Under the pieces are notes generated by a model that saw only the letters and a program-made list of their open reading frames with translations, was not told the origin of the DNA and made no database searches. Positions 58,761 to 64,000 of a stretch of 64,000 nt of DNA are shown piece after piece. Made by a program: the position numbers and the translations under genes. The stretch comes from Flavobacteriales bacterium (GTDB taxonomy: Bacteria; Bacteroidota; Bacteroidia; CAIKAF01): NCBI GenBank assembly GCA_026418175.1, contig JAOABX010000006.1:36615-100614 (forward strand), in the 5' to 3' direction. How positions within the stretch are numbered: position 1 is the first letter of the stretch; each line of letters starts with the position of its first letter.

Positions 58761-59234
58761 ATGTCGAGGTTTAAGAAAAAAAGTGAAAAATCTTTACCGG
58801 CAATTTCCACCTCTTCGCTTCCGGATATTGTATTCATGCTCCTTTTCTTTTTCATGGTTACAACTAAAATGAAAGAAGTAACACTGAAAGTTGTAGTGCG
58901 TAAACCAGATGCCACTCAGGCTACTAAACTTGAAAACAAATCACTTATCAGCAATATTTACATAGGTAAACCCCTTCCGCGCTACCAAAACCAATACGGC
59001 GACCAGCCACTGCTTCAGCTAGATGATGCTTTTGCCAAACCTAAAGATGTTGCACCTTGGGTATTGCAAGAAATTGAAAAAACAGCAGAGTTTGAACGTA
59101 GCAAACGCACTGTTTCACTGAAGGTAGACCGAGAAGTAAAAATGGGGATTGTAACCGATGTGAAAGAACAGTTACGCGAAGCAAATGCGCTAAAAATAAA
59201 TTATTCTGCACGCAAAGCAGCTATTTTAGAATAA
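58761..59234 (+). CDS. exbD: ExbD/TolR biopolymer transport protein (second paralog)
   Basis: 157 aa with the ExbD/TolR TM motif SLPDIVFMLLFFFMVTT. Confidence 0.8.
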   Translation: MSRFKKKSEKSLPAISTSSLPDIVFMLLFFFMVTTKMKEVTLKVVVRKPDATQATKLENKSLISNIYIGKPLPRYQNQYGDQPLLQLDDAFAKPKDVAPWVLQEIEKTAEFERSKRTVSLKVDREVKMGIVTDVKEQLREANALKINYSARKAAILE

Positions 59235-59256
59235 TCTTATTAAAGTCCTAATGGGC

Positions 59257-59288
59257 AAAGGCAGGTTTTAATAGACCTGCCTTTTTTT
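59257..59288 (+). terminator. Intrinsic terminator after the exbB-exbD cluster
   Basis: AAAGGCAGGT-tttaatag-ACCTGCCTTT forms a 10-bp stem followed by TTTT. Confidence 0.65.
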
Positions 59289-59289
59289 G

Positions 59290-59297
59290 TACTTTTG
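59290..59297 (+). promoter_or_regulatory. Bacteroidota-type -7 box (TACTTTTG) for dusB
   Basis: Exact TAnnTTTG match 8 nt upstream of the ATG at 59306, directly after the terminator. Confidence 0.4.
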
Positions 59298-59305
59298 CAT
59301 ATTCA

Positions 59306-60298
59306 ATGGTAAAAATAGGCAACATTAATCTAGGAGATTTTCCCCTGCTTTTAGCTCCCATGGAAGATGTGAGCGACCCTCCTTTTCGTGCACTGTGTAA
59401 AAAACACGGGGCAGATTTAATGTTCACAGAATTTATCTCCAGTGAAGGACTAATACGCGATGCAATAAAAAGCAAAAAAAAACTGGACATTTTTAACTAC
59501 GAACGGCCTATTGGAATACAAATCTTTGGAGGAGACGAAGAAGCAATGGCCATGGCCACTGAAATTGTAGATGCTACAGGGCCGGATTTAGTAGATATAA
59601 ATTTTGGTTGTCCGGTAAAAAAGGTTGTTTGTAAAGGGGCTGGAGCTGGCGTTTTAAAAGATGTAAATCTAATGGTTCGATTAACGCAAGCTGTTGTAAA
59701 ATCTACAAAACTTCCAGTAACAGTAAAAACACGGCTTGGGTGGGATGAACGAAGCATTAATATTTTAGAAGTTGCTGAAAAACTTCAAGATGTAGGTGTT
59801 TCAGCATTATCCATACATGGTCGAACACGTGCACAAATGTACAAGGGAGATGCCGATTGGACTTTTATTGCCAAAGTAAAAGAAAATCCTAGAATTACAA
59901 TCCCAATTTTTGGAAACGGAGACATTGATAGTCCGGAAAAAGCCTTAGAATATAGAAACAAATTTGGGGTGGATGGCATTATGATAGGACGTGCAGCTAT
60001 AGGAAACCCATGGATATTCAATCAAATCAAACATTATTTTGCAACAGGCAAACTCCTCCCCAACCCAAGCGTAAAAGAAAAAGTGGAAGCTGCACGAGAA
60101 CACCTTCATTATTCGATTCGATGGAAAGGTGAAAAACAAGGGCTGCTGGAAATGAGAATGCATTATGCCAATTATTTTAAAGGACTACCAAATTTTAAAG
60201 AATATCGCACCCGGCTTGTTACTTGTAATGACTTAGAAGGAGTTGAAGAAACTTTTGATGATATCTTAAATTTATACCAGCAAGAAGTGCCTGCCTGA
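59306..60298 (+). CDS. dusB: tRNA-dihydrouridine synthase
   Basis: 330 aa with LAPMEDVSDPPFR, DINFGCP and the catalytic Cys region VCKGAGAG, on a TIM-barrel flavoenzyme pattern. Confidence 0.85.
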   Translation: MVKIGNINLGDFPLLLAPMEDVSDPPFRALCKKHGADLMFTEFISSEGLIRDAIKSKKKLDIFNYERPIGIQIFGGDEEAMAMATEIVDATGPDLVDINFGCPVKKVVCKGAGAGVLKDVNLMVRLTQAVVKSTKLPVTVKTRLGWDERSINILEVAEKLQDVGVSALSIHGRTRAQMYKGDADWTFIAKVKENPRITIPIFGNGDIDSPEKALEYRNKFGVDGIMIGRAAIGNPWIFNQIKHYFATGKLLPNPSVKEKVEAAREHLHYSIRWKGEKQGLLEMRMHYANYFKGLPNFKEYRTRLVTCNDLEGVEETFDDILNLYQQEVPA

Positions 60299-61534
60299 CT
60301 ATTTAATTAACGTCATATATTGAGGACGAAGCAAATTCACGCTTTTCATTCGCAACCACGAGGCAAGAAAACCTATTAGATTTACTGAAATAAAGATTAT
60401 TGGAAAATCTGTCCATACAAACTTTACAGGATAAGCATTGGCTCCTTCATACGCACCTAATTTAACCCAACCAAACTGCATTTGCAAGAAAGCTATTAAT
60501 GTACCTAAAATCATCCCACCTGTAACCCCAATAATGGTTACCCACATCCCCTCCCATACATAAATTCGTTTAATACGATTTAGCCCAGCCCCCATGCTCC
60601 ACATGACTAAGATATCTTTTTGCTTTTCTACTAAAAGCATAGTTAATGCACTGACGATATTGAAGCTGGCTATAATCAAAACAAGCATTACTATAAGAAA
60701 TACAGCCAGTTTTTCAGCACGCATTACCCGGTACATTAATTCGTGTTGTTCAAAACGATTTTTAATCTGTACCTTATCTCCCAATAATTGCTGAAGTTTC
60801 TTACGTACATTTGATAAATGCTTTTCTTGGGTTAGAGAAATTTCTAATGAATTTACTTCTCCTTCTTTTTTATATCCGGTAAGATTGGCCACAAATTCAA
60901 GAGGAGCTAAAATTAGAAAATTCGTATATTCATGTTGCACTGAAAAAATAGCATTGGGAATCAACGAAGCTTCTCGAAAAGGATTAAGCATATCAACTTT
61001 GCCACGTTTGGGAAAATAAACTTGAATGGCATGCGTAAAATCAGCTAAATTTATCTGAAGATTCGCAGCTAATCCTTCTCCTATAATTGCTTGGTTTGAA
61101 TTTTCACTCCAATCATTCAAAGAACCAGCACTGATCATCGAAGCAATTGGAACTTGCAAAAAATAGTTATTATCAACTCCTTTCAGTGTTACTATTTGTT
61201 GTTTGTCTTTATAGATAGCCAGTACATTTTCCTCAATGGTCAAGGAAACGGCGGCTACGCCAGGCCAAGACTTAATAACAGAAAGTTGATCTTTAGAAAC
61301 AATAATACTTTTTCCTTGTTTGGGTTCAACCCGGAGATGGGGATCAAATACATTAAAAATGTTTTTAACGGTTTGTTCTAGACCATTAAATGCAGATAAC
61401 AGGATAATAAGTGCAGCAGTTACCACCAGTATAGCTAGAATAGAAATACCGGTGATTACATTGATAATATTTACTGACTTTTTAGAAAAAAGATAACGGA
61501 ACGATACGAACCGTATAAAGAAGTCAGGCAACAT
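60299..61534 (-). CDS. FtsX-like ABC transporter permease (LolC/LolE family)
   Basis: 411 aa with one N-terminal TM segment, a large periplasmic domain and a C-terminal 3-TM FtsX domain. Confidence 0.75.
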   Translation of the reverse strand: MLPDFFIRFVSFRYLFSKKSVNIINVITGISILAILVVTAALIILLSAFNGLEQTVKNIFNVFDPHLRVEPKQGKSIIVSKDQLSVIKSWPGVAAVSLTIEENVLAIYKDKQQIVTLKGVDNNYFLQVPIASMISAGSLNDWSENSNQAIIGEGLAANLQINLADFTHAIQVYFPKRGKVDMLNPFREASLIPNAIFSVQHEYTNFLILAPLEFVANLTGYKKEGEVNSLEISLTQEKHLSNVRKKLQQLLGDKVQIKNRFEQHELMYRVMRAEKLAVFLIVMLVLIIASFNIVSALTMLLVEKQKDILVMWSMGAGLNRIKRIYVWEGMWVTIIGVTGGMILGTLIAFLQMQFGWVKLGAYEGANAYPVKFVWTDFPIIFISVNLIGFLASWLRMKSVNLLRPQYMTLIK

Positions 61535-61590
61535 GACAGCCTATGAATAAAAAACCTTAAATACCCAAATAACCAACAAAAGGTGGTAAA

Positions 61591-61764
61591 TTATTTTTTG
61601 AAAAGACCCTTATCGTCTTTATGTTTCAACATTTGTAATACCCAATATATTGTGAGAGCAGTCCCAACAAATATCATCAATAAGTTGAAGTTCATTCCTG
61701 CCATTTCAATAAATTGAAAGGTCCACTGAATAAAACTGCCAAGAGGTCGGAAAAGCCAATCCAT
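61591..61764 (-). CDS. Small (57-aa) membrane protein, below the ORF-track cutoff
   Basis: My own translation gives MDWLFRPLGSFIQWTFQFIEMAGMNFNLLMIFVGTALTIYWVLQMLKHKDDKGLFKK. It has one clear TM helix and a basic tail, and a TATATTTG box lies 19 nt upstream. It sits directly upstream of the LolC/E-like gene on the same strand. Confidence 0.45.
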   Translation of the reverse strand: MDWLFRPLGSFIQWTFQFIEMAGMNFNLLMIFVGTALTIYWVLQMLKHKDDKGLFKK

Positions 61765-61783
61765 AAGTTATTTTTTTATGCAA

Positions 61784-61791
61784 CAAATATA
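61784..61791 (-). promoter_or_regulatory. Bacteroidota-type -7 box (TATATTTG on the minus strand) for the 57-aa ORF / permease unit
   Basis: CAAATATA on the plus strand, 19 nt upstream of the ATG at 61764. Confidence 0.4.
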
Positions 61792-61826
61792 TAATTGTTT
61801 CGTTGTGAAAAAAAAAATTTAAAAAT

Positions 61827-61967
61827 ATGAGCAAGAATAAAAAAATGACTCCGGAGGCAGCTGCAAGAATTCAAAGTGCCACTTGTAAAAAAAACGGGGG
61901 TATTACACCAAAGAATTCCTTTGCCGCTAGAGCACAAAGAGCTGCCGCAAAAAATATGGATAAATAG
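61827..61967 (+). CDS. Small (46-aa) basic Ala/Lys-rich protein, below the ORF-track cutoff
   Basis: My own translation gives MSKNKKMTPEAAARIQSATCKKNGGITPKNSFAARAQRAAAKNMDK. It contains two similar AARxQ segments. It looks more protein-like than the Cys-rich antisense track ORFs (61776..61988 and 61871..62092). I found no exact promoter box upstream. Confidence 0.35.
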   Translation: MSKNKKMTPEAAARIQSATCKKNGGITPKNSFAARAQRAAAKNMDK

Positions 61968-61975
61968 TATTTTTG
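61968..61975 (+). promoter_or_regulatory. Bacteroidota-type -7 box (TATTTTTG) for purN
   Basis: Exact TAnnTTTG match 7 nt upstream of the GTG at 61983. This implies a leaderless or near-leaderless mRNA. Confidence 0.35.
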
Positions 61976-61982
61976 CACTGTT

Positions 61983-62573
61983 GTGCAACCAAAAAAATTT
62001 CGCATTGCTATTTTTGCTTCAGGAGAAGGGACCAATGCTGATGCTATAATTCGATATTTTAATGAAAATGAATCGAGTGTAGTATTCAGCATTTGGACTA
62101 ATAATTCAGTTTCTGGAGTAATAAAGCGGGCAGAAATCCTTAATGTTCCTATCTACTTGTTTAGCAATGAAGAATTAAATCAACCCGAATTTTTGAAAAA
62201 ACTAAATAACTGGAGTCCCGATTTAATAGTGTTAGCTGGATTTTTACGAAAAATTCCAGATAAAATAATTCATCAATTTCCTGGTAAAATTATAAATATC
62301 CATCCGGCACTTCTTCCAAAATATGGAGGGAAGGGGATGTATGGCATGAATATTCATCATGCCGTTAAACGTAATGGAGAAAAAGAAACGGGAATAACCA
62401 TTCATTTGGTGGATGAAGAATATGACCATGGAACAATTCTATATCAACAAAAAACAATTATTACTCCCGAAATGACGGCGGAAGAAATAAGTAATAATGT
62501 GCGAAATCTTGAACTTTTTTATTATCCAAGAATTATAGAAAGTTATTTACAATCAATTACCACGGCCTCTTAA
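61983..62573 (+). CDS. purN: Phosphoribosylglycinamide formyltransferase
   Basis: 196 aa with IAIFASGEGTNA, INIHPALLPKYGG and the catalytic Asp region VDEEYDHG. It uses a GTG start. Confidence 0.85.
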   Translation: MQPKKFRIAIFASGEGTNADAIIRYFNENESSVVFSIWTNNSVSGVIKRAEILNVPIYLFSNEELNQPEFLKKLNNWSPDLIVLAGFLRKIPDKIIHQFPGKIINIHPALLPKYGGKGMYGMNIHHAVKRNGEKETGITIHLVDEEYDHGTILYQQKTIITPEMTAEEISNNVRNLELFYYPRIIESYLQSITTAS

Positions 62574-63033
62574 ATTCTGCCGATGTACACATTCCAGTTT
62601 TTCCATTTCCGTTTTTATAGCCAAAAATGGTGTCAGTATTTAAAATTTCAGCTTGAACGATAATGGCTGTAACTTCTTTTCCACCATCAACCATAGTAAC
62701 ATAAAATGGGAGTTTAATTTGTGCTACCCGATGCTTTTTTCCTTTGGGATCTAAGCTAAATAATGCTCTTCCACTTTTTACATCATCTTGAGTAGCCACT
62801 CTACCGGTAAAAACAGGAGTATTCACCAAATCAACTCCTGTAGTAATTTTTTCTTCTTTAGGTAACAACTGATTTCGGTTCTTTAATCCTTTTTCAATAT
62901 CGTATGTGTTTGAAAATGTTGCACTGTCAGCATATAATTGTTTATTAGCCTTATTATCTTTAAATTCTTGACTATTTTTTTTGCCACAACTAAAAATTAA
63001 TGCCAAAAGTGCAATTTTAAATAATGTTTTCAT
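62557..63033 (-). CDS. Lipoprotein of unknown function
   Basis: I prefer the ATG at 63033 (MKTLFKIALLALIFSCGKK, lipobox F-S-C). This removes the overlap with the rnr stop. Its 3' end overlaps the convergent purN 3' end by 17 nt. Confidence 0.5.
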   Translation of the reverse strand: MKTLFKIALLALIFSCGKKNSQEFKDNKANKQLYADSATFSNTYDIEKGLKNRNQLLPKEEKITTGVDLVNTPVFTGRVATQDDVKSGRALFSLDPKGKKHRVAQIKLPFYVTMVDGGKEVTAIIVQAEILNTDTIFGYKNGNGKTGMCTSAEFKRPW

Positions 63034-63037
63034 GTAA

Positions 63038-64000
63038 TTAAACTTCTTTTGTATGTCCAATCATTTCAAAGTCAATGATGCGCTTTTCAACGTCCGTATT
63101 TTTTACCCGAATAGTAACTTTATCGCCCAAGCGATAAATCTGCCCGGTTCGAGAACCACGAATTTGATAGTTTTTTTCGTCAAAAAAGTAAAAATCGCAC
63201 TCCATATCCCTTAATCGAATCATGCCTTCGCATTTGTTTTCAAGTATATCAACATAAATCCCCCACTCGGTTACACCCGTAATTACACCATCAAATTCAC
63301 GACCTAAAAATTTACTAAGATATTCAACCTGTTTGTATTTAATAGATGCCCGCTCCGCTTCAGCTGCCCGCTTTTCCATGTCAGAAGAGTGACGGCATTT
63401 ATTTTCGTAGTCTTCTTTCTTAACAGATGCTCCCCCTTGCATATACCTTTGAAGCAAGCGATGTACCATCACATCCGGATAGCGCCGAATAGGCGACGTA
63501 AAATGTGTATAGTAATCAAATGCCAAGCCGTAATGGCCAATATTTTCTGTTGAATAAACCGCTTTTGCCATACTGCGTATGGTAAGGGTTTCAATCATAT
63601 CTGCCTCAGGCTTTCCTTTTACTTGAGCAAGCATTTTATTGATGCTACTTGCAATGGTTTTTGGGTTATTAAGATCAAGTTTATATCCAAAATTCGCCAC
63701 AAATCGTTTTAATTCAGCCAGCTTTTCCTGATTAGGTTGATCGTGCACGCGATAAACAAAGGTTTTAATTTGTTTTTGTGGATGATCTTTATATCCTACA
63801 TACATTGCTACTTGCTTATTAGCAAGCAACATAAATTCTTCAATTAACCAATTAGCTTCTTTACTTTCTTTAAAAAATACATCCACCGGGCGCCCTTTTT
63901 CATCAATTTTAAACTTAACTTCGGTTTGTTCAACACGTAATGCTCCATTTTCAAAGCGTTGTTTTCGAAGAATGGTAGCTAACTTATGGAGCAGCAGCAC
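63038..64000 (-). CDS. rnr: Ribonuclease R, C-terminal part (gene continues past the window end)
   Basis: It has the RNB-domain motif HYGLAFDYYTHFTSPIRRYPD and a C-terminal S1 domain (FDGVITGVTEWGIYVDIL...GMIRL). The reading frame is open to the window edge. Confidence 0.85.
   Translation of the reverse strand: MLLLHKLATILRKQRFENGALRVEQTEVKFKIDEKGRPVDVFFKESKEANWLIEEFMLLANKQVAMYVGYKDHPQKQIKTFVYRVHDQPNQEKLAELKRFVANFGYKLDLNNPKTIASSINKMLAQVKGKPEADMIETLTIRSMAKAVYSTENIGHYGLAFDYYTHFTSPIRRYPDVMVHRLLQRYMQGGASVKKEDYENKCRHSSDMEKRAAEAERASIKYKQVEYLSKFLGREFDGVITGVTEWGIYVDILENKCEGMIRLRDMECDFYFFDEKNYQIRGSRTGQIYRLGDKVTIRVKNTDVEKRIIDFEMIGHTKEV

Noticed and set aside
61776-62092. Two minus-strand track ORFs (70 aa and 73 aa) upstream of and overlapping purN
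   Set aside because: Both give Cys/Phe/Ser-rich nonsense-like translations. One overlaps the conserved purN N-terminus. The plus-strand 46-aa ORF and the purN promoter box explain the region better, although that small ORF is itself unproven.
1-64000. Search for CRISPR arrays, IS elements, long direct repeats and rRNA genes
   Set aside because: I saw no spaced direct repeats, no transposase or integrase-like ORFs, and no rRNA-like sequence while reading the window. This was a visual scan, so short or degenerate repeats could have been missed.

Overview
This is an AT-rich, very gene-dense chromosomal segment. By inference it comes from a Bacteroidota genome. Supporting signs are the T9SS translocon gene sprA, a T9SS-CTD cargo protease, and an alternative complex III (ACIII) cluster fused to cytochrome oxidase genes with an extended-TAT ActB. 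Others are ExbB/ExbD/TonB genes, recurring TAnnTTTG -7 boxes just upstream of start codons, and no obvious Shine-Dalgarno sites. I support about 56 protein-coding genes (two cut by the window edges, two below the 60-aa ORF-track cutoff), one tRNA-Ser(GGA), four hairpin terminators and 13 promoter-like boxes. I saw no rRNA, CRISPR array, transposase, integrase or phage genes. Most content is housekeeping: recJ, crcB, ribE, tatC, actABCDEF-coxII-coxI, a S46 peptidase, rfbA, kynU, gcvP, menC/menE, deoC, tonB, gcvH, sprA, ruvA, tatD, ansA, exbB/exbD, dusB, purN and rnr. The only sizeable block I cannot place in a known family is a two-gene exported module at 2876..6007. It encodes a lipoprotein and a 651-aa protein with an A-B-A-A-B internal repeat architecture and C2-like acidic motifs. 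It sits between two membrane His-box (di-iron) lipid oxidase genes and a TetR regulator. This is my best candidate for an undescribed system, but the claim rests on sequence reading only. Secondary observations are histidine-rich termini on several respiratory subunits, a coiled-coil insertion in CoxII, and a charged insertion in SprA. I also note two unannotated small ORFs, an orphan promoter-like box in the largest intergenic gap, and extreme gene packing with convergent genes that leave no room for terminators.
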